In this document: in pieces, positions 33,451-43,799 of the stretch
How positions within the stretch are numbered: the stretch's first letter is position 1
Layout of the letters: each line of letters begins with the position of its first letter
Source of the DNA: Acidobacteriota bacterium
GTDB taxonomy: Bacteria > Acidobacteriota > Thermoanaerobaculia > Thermoanaerobaculales > Sulfomarinibacteraceae
DNA: 64,000 nucleotides
Direction of reading: 5' to 3'
Assembly: GCA_022340665.1 (NCBI GenBank)
Contig: JAJDNM010000043.1
Location: forward strand, 29,489-93,488
Position numbers and translations under genes: made by a program
The notes under the pieces: generated by a model
What the model was told of the DNA's origin: nothing
The model's database searches: none
Seen by the model: the letters and a program-made list of their open reading frames with translations, nothing else

Positions 33451-34578
33451 GTGCCTCAGTTGTCGATCAGTGGCAATCTTCGTACGATGCCGTTCGCAGA
33501 TCTCCTGCAATGGGTGTCTCAAAGCCGCAAAACCGGAACCCTGTCGGTCGAAGGCGATCCGCACAACAAGAAGATCTACTTCCGTGACGGTCTGATAGCG
33601 GCGGCGTCGTCTGAAAACCCGAAAGAGTTCCTCGGTTACTACCTCGTAGGCTGGGGTCTGCTGGGCGAGGAGGAGCTCCAGGAACTCCTCGACATGCAGG
33701 AGCATCACGGGACTCTCCTCGGTGAGCTGCTGGTGATCATTGGCCGGTTGACCAGGGAAGAGCTGCAGCACATTCTACAGGTGAAAACCGAGGAGACGAT
33801 TTACGAGCTCTTCCTGTGGCAGGAGGGAGACTTTCGCTTCCTCGAAAACATCCTTCCGGCGAAGAAGTTTCAACCGCTCAATCTTCCGGTCGAGATGATC
33901 GTGCTGGAGGGTGTTCGTCGCAAGGATGAATGGGCGCGCTGCGTGGATGCGATCCCGGACGAGACCTGGATTCCAAAGGTGGTTCGTGCGGTCGATGTCG
34001 AGCAGCTCGGCGAGATCGAGCTCAATATTTTGCGTGAGATAAACGACGAGAACAGCATCGAGAAAATCGCCCTCTCGGCCCGCCTCGCGTTCTTTCACGT
34101 GCTGATGTTCATCTTCCAGGGAATGACCCACGGACTGTTCGAAGTTCGTGCTCCCGGCGACGAGATCACCGCGATTCCAGGCTTCTCGAAGGGTTCGTGG
34201 TTGACGCTCATCCGGCAGGTCGAGGAACTGATGCATGAGGGTGACCTCTTGGGTGCCTATCAGCGACTCGACGAGATTCGGGGGAAGTACCCGACGGATC
34301 CGGAAGTGACCGAACTGACGGGCAAGGTGCAGGGGAAAATCGAGGGTGCGGCTCAGGAACTCGATCTGAACAACTCGACGGTTCTCGAATTGGCGATACC
34401 CGCTTCGGAGCTCACGTCGCTCAGCTGCAGCCCGCAGGAGGGATTCCTGTTGTCGCGAATCAACGGGATGTACGCGCTGGGCGAGATCCTAAAGATGATC
34501 CCGGGCTCGGAAGTCGAAAACAAGTTGCTGGTGAACAATCTTTTGGCTCGCGGCGTCGTCCGACACCGAGAATCGTGA
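33451..34578 (+). CDS. DUF4388 (PATAN-like) domain protein
   Basis: N-terminus LSISGNLRTMPFADLLQWVSQSRKTGTLSVEG...KKIYFRDGLIAAASS is the DUF4388 signature. GTG start as in the ORF track. Confidence 0.7.
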   Translation: MPQLSISGNLRTMPFADLLQWVSQSRKTGTLSVEGDPHNKKIYFRDGLIAAASSENPKEFLGYYLVGWGLLGEEELQELLDMQEHHGTLLGELLVIIGRLTREELQHILQVKTEETIYELFLWQEGDFRFLENILPAKKFQPLNLPVEMIVLEGVRRKDEWARCVDAIPDETWIPKVVRAVDVEQLGEIELNILREINDENSIEKIALSARLAFFHVLMFIFQGMTHGLFEVRAPGDEITAIPGFSKGSWLTLIRQVEELMHEGDLLGAYQRLDEIRGKYPTDPEVTELTGKVQGKIEGAAQELDLNNSTVLELAIPASELTSLSCSPQEGFLLSRINGMYALGEILKMIPGSEVENKLLVNNLLARGVVRHRES

Positions 34579-34618
34579 ACAGGGAGATCGCTGGCAGGGA
34601 AGGCCGATTGGGATCCCG

Positions 34619-35371
34619 ATGGAATCCGAAACGCTGAGATCGGTCGCGACCGTGATTTTGGCGAAGAACGAAGAGCGCACGATCGCCGGGGCAGTTCGCG
34701 AGGCGAAGCGTTTCTGTGATCATGTGGTCGTCATGGACGGCCATTCGACCGATCGCACATTCGAGCGGGCGCGCGAAGCAGGTGCCGACGTATACCTCGA
34801 TCCGGGCAGGGGAAAGGGCGCCGCGATCCGGGCCAGCTTTTCACTGGTCGACGATCCGGTCATTGTGTTCATGGACGCGGACGGCTCCCACGAACCTGCG
34901 GACATCCCCCGGCTAGCGGGTCCTGTGGTTACAGGCGAGACAGATCTCTGTGTCGGCTCTCGATTCACCGGTGGTTCGGAGGAGCTTTCGATCACTATCG
35001 GCCAGCTGGTGCGCACGATCGGCAACATCTCGATGAACATCGCCATCAACCGTCGCTGGGACGTCGAACTCACGGACACCCTCAACGGATTTCGCGCGGT
35101 GCTGAGATCGGCGGTGATGGATGTCGGTTTGAGGGAGGATATCCACACCATCGAACAGGAAATGGTGATGAAAATGCTGCTCGCCGGCCATCGGGTGATG
35201 AATGTGCCGACCCACGAGTCTCGCCGCCAGTACGGTGAGAGCCACATCAAAATCTGGCGCCAGTGGCCGAAGTTCGTTTTCTGCGTCCTCAGTCATGTCG
35301 TGCGCCGGTCCAAGCCGTCGATCGAGACTGAGAGCGCGCGACACGATCCATCGGACGGAGAGTCGCGTTGA
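34619..35371 (+). CDS. family 2 glycosyltransferase (polyprenyl-phosphate sugar synthase-like)
   Basis: VILAKNEERTI...VVVMDGHSTDRT...VFMDADGSH is the GT2 (DxD) pattern. 250 aa. Confidence 0.85.
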   Translation: MESETLRSVATVILAKNEERTIAGAVREAKRFCDHVVVMDGHSTDRTFERAREAGADVYLDPGRGKGAAIRASFSLVDDPVIVFMDADGSHEPADIPRLAGPVVTGETDLCVGSRFTGGSEELSITIGQLVRTIGNISMNIAINRRWDVELTDTLNGFRAVLRSAVMDVGLREDIHTIEQEMVMKMLLAGHRVMNVPTHESRRQYGESHIKIWRQWPKFVFCVLSHVVRRSKPSIETESARHDPSDGESR

Positions 35372-37416
35372 GCCCGGCGGAGGGCACCGGGAACACCGAT
35401 CGGCGGACGCCGCTGGACCTCCGAACCGGACTCGCGTTGACAGCACTCGTCATCGGCGCGGCCTACGTGCTCGTGCGCGCGGATGCGACGCGAGGTTACG
35501 GAGCCTTCGCGCCGGCGATTGCCGCCGCAGTCTGGCTGCTCGTGTGGACCCTCGCCACGCTCGGCTCGGGGCGTCCGATCGTCAGGTATCTGGTGGGAGG
35601 CGATCACGGCAGCTGGGAGGACGAGGTGGTCGCTGCGATCGCCGGAACCGGGGTGTTGGTGGTGTGCGCGGCCGGATTGGCGGTTCTCGAGTTGTTTCGA
35701 CCCTGGCCTCTCCTCGGAATTCTCCTGCTGTGGGCGGTCGTCGGCTGCGTCCAAGTGTTTCGGCGGCCGATCGGAGGTCCGCAGATCGACGTGAGAATCG
35801 GGCCATTGATCGGTTTGGCCGCCGTGACGGCCCTCATGGCAACCGTCGTCTCCCCGTTCTATGACCAGTGGCACCAACACCTGGGATTCCCGTGGGTGTG
35901 GTTGGGAAGCGGCAGCATTCACCCCCTGCCGAACGACTGGTACTCGTTCATGCCGGTCAACTCGAGCCTGCTCTATGCCTATGGGTTGGCGACCCTAGGG
36001 TCGTGGTCGGCGCAGATGATCCACTGGTGGAGCGGGGTGGTGACGGTGATCGCCATCGGCACTCTGGCTGCTCGTTCCGGTAACGCATCGGCTCGGATCT
36101 GGGCGCTCTGGATATTCGCGACAACGCCGGTCGTATTGCATCTCGCGACGACGGCGGGGTCGGATCTCGTGGTGGGGCTGTTTGCGGCCGGTGCGTGGAT
36201 CTCTCTGCTTCGGACCGCTGAGGATTCGGGACATCCCGTGCGATGGTGGACCGCCACCGGTGTCTGCGTCGGCCTCGCCGCCGGCACCAAGTACATCGCG
36301 CTCGGAACGGTGGCGATACCGGTCGGAATCGGCTCGCTGGTGCTGCACAGGCCGTGGCGTGATGAGAGGAACTGGGTGCTCTTCGTTCAACGCGCGGCGA
36401 TCGGTGTGGTCGGTGCCGGGTTGGCGTTCGCGCCGTGGGCGCTTCGGAACTTCATCGTCACCGGGAATCCTCTGTTTCCGTTCGCCAACCGGGTATTCGC
36501 TTCTACACTTCGTCAGTCCTTTGAAACCGCTGTTGGTTTCTCGACCACCCTCTCGGGTTTGGACACCTCACTCGGCCACATCGCCAAGGGCCTCGATCTC
36601 GGGAGCTTCTCGGCCTCGATCGACGGTTTCCCATCAGTCGGATTCGCGTACCTCGCCTTGGTTCCGTTGGCGGTGTTCATGTGGCCTCGCCTGCGCGGGG
36701 ACTCGCGGTTGAGTGCGCTTGCCGCCGGAGCGGTCGCTGGAGTTGTTTTCTGGCTCGTGACTCTTCACGTCAGTCGTTACCTGGTGCCGGTTCTGGTGCC
36801 TGCGGTGGCCGTGCTCGGTAGTGCCGTGGCTGGATTGCTGAGCGGCCTGCCAAGCAGAATTCGAGCCGCAGCCGTGATTCTGGTCGCGATCGTCGTGGCT
36901 CTGACTCTTGCCGGAACCGTGACGTCGGTAGGCGCCGAACGCCTCGGGATTGCACTGGGCGTGACGCCGGCGGAGCCACTCCTTGCCCGGTGGGTGAGCT
37001 CGACCCCGGCCTTCGATCCGGTTGCATCGCTCGACGAAGATGCCCGGATCCTGATGGTCGCCGAGGCTCGCCCCCTCGGTTTCGAGCGACCGGTGGTGTT
37101 CAATGATCCCTACCGAGATCCGCTGTTGCTCGATCTCGCCAGGAACTCATCAAACGCCAAAGATCTGGCCGCGCACCTCGAGGCGATGGGGTTGACCCAT
37201 GTCCTGGCGAACCGCTGGGAGGCCGTGCGCAGCGCTCGACTCCGTGGCCATGACCGGTTCTTCGTCGTCCGCGACCCGGAGGTGCAGACCCGCCTCACCG
37301 ATTTCTGCACACGGTGCCTCGAACCGATCTGGAGCGACCGTGGCCTCGAGCTCTACCTCTTGAACCCAGCCTGTACGGTTCCGCCGTCTGGTGGGGCCGA
37401 CCTCGCCACCTGGTGA
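35368..37416 (+). CDS. large polytopic membrane protein, probable lipid-linked-sugar-dependent glycosyltransferase (GT39/GT83, ArnT/PMT-like)
   Basis: 682 aa with more than 10 predicted TM helices and a C-terminal soluble domain. It is translationally coupled (TTG/TGA overlap) to the GT2 gene. The family assignment is inferred from architecture and context, not from a remembered motif. Confidence 0.5.
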   Translation: MSPAEGTGNTDRRTPLDLRTGLALTALVIGAAYVLVRADATRGYGAFAPAIAAAVWLLVWTLATLGSGRPIVRYLVGGDHGSWEDEVVAAIAGTGVLVVCAAGLAVLELFRPWPLLGILLLWAVVGCVQVFRRPIGGPQIDVRIGPLIGLAAVTALMATVVSPFYDQWHQHLGFPWVWLGSGSIHPLPNDWYSFMPVNSSLLYAYGLATLGSWSAQMIHWWSGVVTVIAIGTLAARSGNASARIWALWIFATTPVVLHLATTAGSDLVVGLFAAGAWISLLRTAEDSGHPVRWWTATGVCVGLAAGTKYIALGTVAIPVGIGSLVLHRPWRDERNWVLFVQRAAIGVVGAGLAFAPWALRNFIVTGNPLFPFANRVFASTLRQSFETAVGFSTTLSGLDTSLGHIAKGLDLGSFSASIDGFPSVGFAYLALVPLAVFMWPRLRGDSRLSALAAGAVAGVVFWLVTLHVSRYLVPVLVPAVAVLGSAVAGLLSGLPSRIRAAAVILVAIVVALTLAGTVTSVGAERLGIALGVTPAEPLLARWVSSTPAFDPVASLDEDARILMVAEARPLGFERPVVFNDPYRDPLLLDLARNSSNAKDLAAHLEAMGLTHVLANRWEAVRSARLRGHDRFFVVRDPEVQTRLTDFCTRCLEPIWSDRGLELYLLNPACTVPPSGGADLATW

Positions 37417-37424
37417 GGACAGCT

Positions 37425-37595
37425 AAATCCGAAATCCCAATTGCTGACGCCCTTCGGGCGTCGTGACTCCCCGCCAGCAGCGATTGGTCGAAAAGCCTCC
37501 CACCAATCCTCTCCGGCCCAGCTTTCGCTCTGCCTGCGATCCCCACGGCTACGGTCACAAATCGCTGCTGTCGGTGAGTTCCGAAATTCGAAAAT
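37425..37595. repeat. composite palindromic element between the convergent GT39-like gene and hemL
   Basis: aaatccgaaatccc (37425-), hairpin gacgccc-ttc-gggcgtc (37446-37462), a ~23-bp imperfect inverted repeat actccccgccagcagcgattggt (37466-) / acaaatcgctgctgtcggtgagt (37557-), and ccgaaattcgaaaat (37581-). Confidence 0.7.
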
Positions 37596-37602
37596 ATGAC
37601 TT

Positions 37603-38901
37603 CTAGGTGATCGTCTTCACCGCTTCCTCGAACGCCTGAATCGTCTGATCGATGACCCCTCGATCGTGGGCGAGAGAGACGAAGATCACCTCGTAGGCGG
37701 ACGGCGCGAGCGAGACGCCCCGCTCAAGCAGGGCGCGGTGGAGCGCGGCATAGGTCTCGGCAGATTCTGGTCGAATGTCTTCGTAACGGGTGGGAGCATC
37801 ACCGGGCTGGAGCGCGAGCCAGAGGATCGATCCGATCCGAACCACCGACCACTCGACGCCAAGCCGCGCCAGCACGTCGTGCAGGCCCTCTTCCAGCAGG
37901 GACGCGATTCCGTCGAGTTGGCCGTAGGCCGCACAGTTGTCCGCCAACAGCGCGCGGAGAGTTGCTGCTCCGGCGGCCATCGCCACCGGATTACCCGAGA
38001 GGGTGCCAGCCTGATACACCGGGCCGAGGGGGGCGAGCTGCTCCATCAGAGTCCGCCGACCGCCGTACGCGCCCACCGGCATGCCACCGCCGATGATCTT
38101 GCCGTAAGTCGCGAGATCGGGCTCGATGCCGTAAAGCCTGGCGGCGCCGCCTACTCCGAGGCGGAAGCCGGTGATGACCTCGTCGATGATCAAAAACGAG
38201 CCATGCCGCGTGCACTGGTCTCTCAGGAGCTGCATGAACTCGGGTGGCTGGATGAGAAGGCCGGCGTTCGCCGGCACGCCCTCGATGATCACCGCGGCAA
38301 TTTCCGATCCCCGTTTCTCCATCAGGTTGGTGAACGCTTCGCCATCGCCGAGCGGCAGGACCGCGGTGTGGCGGGCGAACGCCTCGGGCACTCCGGCCGA
38401 AGAAGGCGTGCCGAAGGTGGCGAGGCCGGATCCGGCAGAGACCAGCAGATGATCGGCGTGGCCGTGATAACAGCCGGAGAATTTCACCACCGTGTCGCGA
38501 CCGGTCACCCCTCTGGCGAGGCGAATCGCGGACATCACCGCTTCGGTGCCGGAGGAAACGAAGCGAATCATTTCCAGGTGGGGGACGGATGACACCACCA
38601 GGTCTGCGAGTTCCACCTCCTGCCGACAGGGCGCGCCGAAGCTGAGACCGGCAGCCGCGGTCGATGCCACGGCCTCGACCACGTCCGGGTAGGCGTGTCC
38701 GAGAATCAGTGGTCCCCAAGAACAAACGTAGTCGATGTACCGATTGCCGTCGACATCGACGATGTGGCAGCCGGTACCGCGTTGGTAGAAAAACGGATCG
38801 CCGCCGACCGAGCGGAAGGCCCGCACCGGCGAGTTGACGCCGGCCGGCATTAGATCGAGCGCTCGGGCGAACAGCTCCTGGCTGCGCCTGGTGTCGCTCA
38901 C
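37603..38901 (-). CDS. hemL: glutamate-1-semialdehyde 2,1-aminomutase
   Basis: SQELFARALDLMPAGVNSPVRAF..., DEVITGFR, and the class-III aminotransferase pattern. 432 aa. Confidence 0.95.
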   Translation of the reverse strand: MSDTRRSQELFARALDLMPAGVNSPVRAFRSVGGDPFFYQRGTGCHIVDVDGNRYIDYVCSWGPLILGHAYPDVVEAVASTAAAGLSFGAPCRQEVELADLVVSSVPHLEMIRFVSSGTEAVMSAIRLARGVTGRDTVVKFSGCYHGHADHLLVSAGSGLATFGTPSSAGVPEAFARHTAVLPLGDGEAFTNLMEKRGSEIAAVIIEGVPANAGLLIQPPEFMQLLRDQCTRHGSFLIIDEVITGFRLGVGGAARLYGIEPDLATYGKIIGGGMPVGAYGGRRTLMEQLAPLGPVYQAGTLSGNPVAMAAGAATLRALLADNCAAYGQLDGIASLLEEGLHDVLARLGVEWSVVRIGSILWLALQPGDAPTRYEDIRPESAETYAALHRALLERGVSLAPSAYEVIFVSLAHDRGVIDQTIQAFEEAVKTIT

Positions 38902-39881
38902 AGCCAGCCCTCGGAGAGCGCCTGGCGACCGTGGTAGGTGATCAGGATGTCGGCTCCGGCGCGCCGGAACGCGTGCCAGTTCTCGAGCACCACCAACCGC
39001 TCGTCTACCCAGCCTTTCGCCGCCGCCGCCTTGACCATCGAATACTCGCCGGAGACGTTGTAGACCGCGAGTGGGTTCGCGAAGGCTTCACGAAGGTCGG
39101 CGACGATGTCGAGGAACGCCAGCGCCGGCTTTACCATCAGGATGTCGGCGCCCTCCTCGATATCGAGCTCCGCCTCGATCATCGCTTCGCGTCGGTTGCG
39201 GGTGTCCATCTGGTGGGACTTGCGATCACCCTGTGCCGGTGCCGAATGGGCTGCCTCGCGGAATGGTCCGTAATATGCGGAGGCATATTTGACCGAATAC
39301 GACATGATCGCGACGTCAACCAGGCCGTCGTCGTCCAGTGCCTCGCGGATCGCCGCGATCCGTCCGTCCATCATGTCGGAGGGCGCGACCACATCGGCGC
39401 CGGCGCGTGCGTGGGCCAGTGCCATCGCTGCCAGGTGGGGGAGGGTCGCGTCGTTGTCGATCTTGCCGTCGATCACGAGCCCGCAGTGGCCGTGATCGGT
39501 GTATGCACAGAGGCAGACATCGGTCATCACCAGGAGCTGATCTCCAAAAGCGTCCTTCAGGGCCGACACGGCCTGCGAAACCAGATTGTCCTTGCGTGCC
39601 GCCCCCGATCCGTCGGGCGCCTTGACGTCCTCGTCGGGAACGCCGAAGAGCAGACAGGCGCGGATGCCGAGGTCGAGGTCGCGTCCGACGGTCTCCAACA
39701 GTTGATCGACCGACTGGTGGTCGATGCCGGGCATCGCACCGATCGGCTCGGAAACGCCGGCGCCCGGCACGACGAAGTGCGGTTGGACGAGCATTCGCGC
39801 GTCGAGACGGGCTTCGGCAACCAGATCGCGCATCGCAGCCGATGCGCGCAGTCTTCTGGGTCGGATGATCAGATCTTGCAT
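38898..39881 (-). CDS. hemB: porphobilinogen synthase (delta-aminolevulinate dehydratase)
   Basis: Starts at MQDLIIRPRRLRASAAMRDLVAE with a GGAGGAA Shine-Dalgarno sequence. Also contains VMTDVCLCAYTDHGHCG and VAPSDMMDGR. The track ORF extension (to 40190) overlaps hemD. Confidence 0.95.
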   Translation of the reverse strand: MQDLIIRPRRLRASAAMRDLVAEARLDARMLVQPHFVVPGAGVSEPIGAMPGIDHQSVDQLLETVGRDLDLGIRACLLFGVPDEDVKAPDGSGAARKDNLVSQAVSALKDAFGDQLLVMTDVCLCAYTDHGHCGLVIDGKIDNDATLPHLAAMALAHARAGADVVAPSDMMDGRIAAIREALDDDGLVDVAIMSYSVKYASAYYGPFREAAHSAPAQGDRKSHQMDTRNRREAMIEAELDIEEGADILMVKPALAFLDIVADLREAFANPLAVYNVSGEYSMVKAAAAKGWVDERLVVLENWHAFRRAGADILITYHGRQALSEGWL

Positions 39882-40594
39882 AGTTCCTCCGCGAGGGATT
39901 CGATACTGGGTTTCTGTGGAATCGAGCAGCGCATCCCGAGTGCAGCAGCGGCGTCGCGCGTCGTCGGTCCGAGCGCCCAGTGCGGACACGGGAGCGGCAA
40001 TCCGCCGACCCCGGCCAGGTAGAGCTCTGCAGCCCGAGGCGACGTCAGCACGACCGCTTCGAGGCTCGGTCCGAGTGGCGGCAGCTCCCGTGGCGGGGTC
40101 GGGTCCATGCGATACACGACCACCGGCAAGACCTCGTGCCCCGCCGCCGCAAGCGTGTTCTGAAGTTCGAGACGCCGTTCGCGGCCACACGCGAGAATGA
40201 CCGTCGCTGGAGCATCGATGATCTGGTTGAGGTGGTGAGCGAGGCCAATACCGGTGCCGGGCCCCACCGTGTCGACGTGGAGACCGGCTTCACGGGCCGC
40301 GATTTCGGTGCTCGAACCGACAGCAGCGGCCGGAAGTTCGAGAAGGTGCTCCGCGCCGATTCGACGGCAAGCTTCGACGAACGGCTTCGGGGCCCGCGGC
40401 GATGCGACCACGATCCTGCCGATGGTTGACGAGGTCGGGAATCGCTCCGTAACCGCCTTCCAGCCACCCTCGTCCCAATCCTCGACGAGCCGAAGCACGG
40501 GGTAGGGTCGGAGCGTCAGACCGCAAGGGTCAAGAAGTTTCTGGAGCTCCGTGCAGTCCGCAGGGTGGCGAGTTATCAGAACGAATCGCCTCAT
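39869..40594 (-). CDS. hemD: uroporphyrinogen-III synthase
   Basis: 241 aa with a HemD-like two-lobe pattern, positioned between hemC and hemB. It overlaps the hemB start by 13 nt. Confidence 0.75.
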   Translation of the reverse strand: MRRFVLITRHPADCTELQKLLDPCGLTLRPYPVLRLVEDWDEGGWKAVTERFPTSSTIGRIVVASPRAPKPFVEACRRIGAEHLLELPAAAVGSSTEIAAREAGLHVDTVGPGTGIGLAHHLNQIIDAPATVILACGRERRLELQNTLAAAGHEVLPVVVYRMDPTPPRELPPLGPSLEAVVLTSPRAAELYLAGVGGLPLPCPHWALGPTTRDAAAALGMRCSIPQKPSIESLAEELCKI

Positions 40595-41532
40595 TTCGGC
40601 ACCGCCCCGGGCATCGCGAGGCGCAGAGCTTCGAAGCAGACGCGGGCCGCGGTCTCGGGATTCGGGGCAAGTCCTCCGACTCGCGATACCGTTGCTCTCG
40701 TCACGCTGTCGTCGACCTCACCGAGCACGGCCTGCAATCTGATTCCCGACTCGTCCTCGGTCCCGAGGCAACCAAGGGGGAGCTGGCAACCGCCGCCAAG
40801 GGCCTTCAGCAAGCTTCGTTCTGCCGCGACACAGCGCGCCACCGCAGGGTCATTCAAGTCCTTCAACGGTTGGGTGAGCGGGTCGTCGACGCGGGTTTCG
40901 ATGGCGAGTGCACCCTGACCTGGAGCCGGAAGCATCACCTCGGGCGCGAGCTCGACGTTATCCAGGTCGTCGAGGCTCAGCCCGAGCCGGCGGACGCCGG
41001 CGGTGGCGAGCAGGATCGCATCATATCCACCGTCGCGCAGCTTGCGGATGCGCGTGGGCACGTTTCCGCGCAGGGCGCGAATTTCGACCCCGGGGTAGGC
41101 TGCCAGAGCCTGGGCCGCTCGACGAAGGGACGAGGTGCCGAGGACGGTGTTTTCGGGCAGCCCGAAAGGACTCGCGTGGTCCGGCCGGATCAGGCCCTTC
41201 CTGGCTATCAGGAGATCTGACGTTTCGCTTCTCTCCGGAATTGCAATCAGATCGAGGCCGTCGGGTTCTTCCACCGGGAGGTCCTTGAGTGAATGTACGA
41301 CGAGGTCGATCCTGTTCTCCATCAGGGCGTCCTGCAGTTCCTTGGTGAAGAAACCCTTGCCCTCCATCTTGCGAAACGCCACATCCTGGATGCGATCACC
41401 CTTTGTCTGGATGATCTCGATCGTGCAATCGATGTCGAGGGATTCCGCGATCCGATCCGAGACGCGGCGGGCCTGCCAGAGGGCGAGTTCCGACCCCCGT
41501 GTGCCAAGGCGTAGGACCGCCTTCGAATTCAA
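40591..41532 (-). CDS. hemC: hydroxymethylbilane synthase (porphobilinogen deaminase)
   Basis: LRLGTRGSELALWQA...I.TKGD, RGNVPTRIRKL, and a GGCQLPLG dipyrromethane Cys region. Confidence 0.95.
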   Translation of the reverse strand: MNSKAVLRLGTRGSELALWQARRVSDRIAESLDIDCTIEIIQTKGDRIQDVAFRKMEGKGFFTKELQDALMENRIDLVVHSLKDLPVEEPDGLDLIAIPERSETSDLLIARKGLIRPDHASPFGLPENTVLGTSSLRRAAQALAAYPGVEIRALRGNVPTRIRKLRDGGYDAILLATAGVRRLGLSLDDLDNVELAPEVMLPAPGQGALAIETRVDDPLTQPLKDLNDPAVARCVAAERSLLKALGGGCQLPLGCLGTEDESGIRLQAVLGEVDDSVTRATVSRVGGLAPNPETAARVCFEALRLAMPGAVPK

Positions 41533-42839
41533 CGATCTTCGTCCTTTCGCGATCTGTCACTACTTCGGAGGCCTATGAGGAAGCCGTCGATCACGGCGCT
41601 CGAATGGTGAGCCGCGGCAACCTTCAGGCCTTTCAACGGGACCTGCACGAGTCGCTTGGCCAAACCCTTGGCCATTTTTTCGACCGCACGGCGCTCCTCT
41701 TCGCCGAGATGGGCGAGCTCCTTGCTGAAGCTGTGCTGCACCGCCCGGTCCGCCATCTCAGTGAACGATTTCTGGATGCTGCGTGCGGCTGGGGAAAGGG
41801 CGCGATCGAGAAGGTGGCGGCGGAGGATGGTGAGCTGATGCTCGACGAGTTTTTCGCATCGGTCCAACTCCTCGAGGCGGCGCTTGCGGTTGGTCTCGGC
41901 CTCCTCGCGCATCTCCTCGATTCCGTGCAGCACGACGCGTCCGAGGCTGCCGGCTTCGCGCGAGACGTTCTGGGGCATGGCCAGATCGACGATCAGCAAC
42001 TCCTCACCGTCCGGAAGTCTGTCCCGGACGGACGCCACCGCGTTGCGGTCGAGCAGCGCCTCGTGCGACGAGGTGACCGCGAGGACGGTCCCGACCTGGG
42101 GGAGCTTCGCGGCTGCCTCCTCCAGAGGCATGGTCGAAATATTGGGGTCGTCGCCGGCCATCTCGCGTGCTCGTTCGGGCGTGCGGTTGGCGACGATCAC
42201 AGGTCGGGTCGAATCATTACCGCGCACCAGCTTCAGGGTTTGCCGCGCCATCTCCCCGGCGCCGAGAATCAGGACCGGGGTCGAGGAGGTGTCGAGGTGC
42301 TCGTTGAGCTTGCGCTCCACCAGGGTCACCAGCGATACCGGACGACGGGCGAGCTCGGTCTCGGTGCGGATCCGTTTGGCGAGGTGAAAGGCCTCGTGAA
42401 AGGTCTGATCGAGAATGCCGCCGAGGAGACCCGAGTTGTGGGCGATCTCGTGCGCCTCCTTCGCCTGTCCCATGATCTGTGCTTCTCCGACCATCATCGA
42501 GTCGAGAGCCGAGGTGACGCGAAACAGGTGGCGCACGGCGGTTCGTCCGAAATAGACGTACAGGGAGTCCTCCTCCGGCAGCTGGCACTGGCCGTCGGTG
42601 AGGTCGGCCAGGCTTCGCCGCAGATGGAAGAGCAGGGGATTGGTATGAATCCGGCTTTCCCCTCGAAAGTAGAACTCGACGCGGTTGCACGTACCGAGGT
42701 ACACCAGTTCGGAAAAGCCCGCGAGACGGGCCAGCTCGACCAGGTTTTCCCTCGGGAAATCTGGCGGCAAGGCGGCCGCGGAGAGCTTGTCGATGTGAGC
42801 CGTGCGGAATGAGGCGCCAACGACGCCGATACGATCCAA
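41529..42839 (-). CDS. hemA: glutamyl-tRNA reductase
   Basis: TCNRVEFY, GEAQILGQ-like (GEAQIMGQAK), and NAD-binding LILGAGEMA. TTG start as in the ORF track. Confidence 0.9.
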   Translation of the reverse strand: MDRIGVVGASFRTAHIDKLSAAALPPDFPRENLVELARLAGFSELVYLGTCNRVEFYFRGESRIHTNPLLFHLRRSLADLTDGQCQLPEEDSLYVYFGRTAVRHLFRVTSALDSMMVGEAQIMGQAKEAHEIAHNSGLLGGILDQTFHEAFHLAKRIRTETELARRPVSLVTLVERKLNEHLDTSSTPVLILGAGEMARQTLKLVRGNDSTRPVIVANRTPERAREMAGDDPNISTMPLEEAAAKLPQVGTVLAVTSSHEALLDRNAVASVRDRLPDGEELLIVDLAMPQNVSREAGSLGRVVLHGIEEMREEAETNRKRRLEELDRCEKLVEHQLTILRRHLLDRALSPAARSIQKSFTEMADRAVQHSFSKELAHLGEEERRAVEKMAKGLAKRLVQVPLKGLKVAAAHHSSAVIDGFLIGLRSSDRSRKDEDR

Positions 42840-43029
42840 ACTCAGAGCCTCCCGGCAGGATTCTACGACACGACGCGGCGTAATTCAGTCATTCGGCGAG
42901 AAAATCGGTCTCGCGGGCAAAATATCGCGCGAGACTCGCGGCCCCGCGGCCAGCCGGTGGATCTCCTGAGGCAGAGAAATGGCTCTTTGCGTGACGATTC
43001 AGGTTCGATCGGAAAAATTCTCGAAAGCG

Positions 43030-43058
43030 TTGAAAACTTGCCTCAGCGTCAGTAGGCT
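43030..43058 (+). promoter_or_regulatory. candidate sigma70-type promoter of sdhCAB
   Basis: TTGAAA, a 17-nt spacer, then TAGGCT, about 70 nt upstream of the sdhC start. Confidence 0.35.
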
Positions 43059-43130
43059 CTGGCTAGAACATAACGCGGGCCCGTGCCGCGTGTCCGGATA
43101 GATTCAATCAGAGGGGGTAGGACCGGGCCT

Positions 43131-43787
43131 ATGAGTCAAACCATAGGGTTCATCAGCTCGACGCTGGGCAAGAAGGTATTGATGGCCGCTACGGGCATCA
43201 TCCTGTTCGGTTTCGTAGTCGGCCACATGCTTGGCAATCTCCAGATCTACCTGGGAGCGGAACGGCTCAACCACTACGCACATCTGCTGCAAACCAACAA
43301 ACCGTTTCTGTGGACTGTTCGTTCGGTCTTGCTCTTCTGCGTTGCCGTCCACATCATTGCGGCGGTTCAGGTGTGGCTGCGAAACCGGGCTGCGCGTCCC
43401 GTCAAGTACCGGGTCTTCAACCCTCCGGCGGTCGACTACGCGGCACGCACCATGATGTGGAGCGGGCCGATCCTCGCCCTCTTCATCATCTACCATCTGC
43501 TGGATTTCACGGTTGGCACGGCGAATCCGGATTTCGTGCGCGGAGAGGTGTATCACAACGTTGTCGCCAGCTTCAGCAACCCGGTGATCGCCTTTTTCTA
43601 CATCGCCGCGAACGTCTTGCTTGCGTTCCACCTCTACCATGGGCTCTGGAGCCTCTTCCAGACCTTCGGCTGGGACCACCCGCGATTCGGCTGGCTGCGG
43701 CGGGTTCCGGCAGTCTTCTTCTCGGTGCTGATCGGTGCCGCAAATGTTTCCATCCCGTTGGCCGTGCTGACGGGCGTGATCAGGTAG
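43131..43787 (+). CDS. sdhC: succinate dehydrogenase/fumarate reductase cytochrome b subunit (b558 family, 5 TM)
   Basis: Starts at MSQTIGFISSTLGKKVLMAATGIILFGFVVGHMLGNL. Conserved His ligands are present. It lies upstream of sdhA/B. Confidence 0.8.
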   Translation: MSQTIGFISSTLGKKVLMAATGIILFGFVVGHMLGNLQIYLGAERLNHYAHLLQTNKPFLWTVRSVLLFCVAVHIIAAVQVWLRNRAARPVKYRVFNPPAVDYAARTMMWSGPILALFIIYHLLDFTVGTANPDFVRGEVYHNVVASFSNPVIAFFYIAANVLLAFHLYHGLWSLFQTFGWDHPRFGWLRRVPAVFFSVLIGAANVSIPLAVLTGVIR

Positions 43788-43799
43788 GGAGGTGACGGA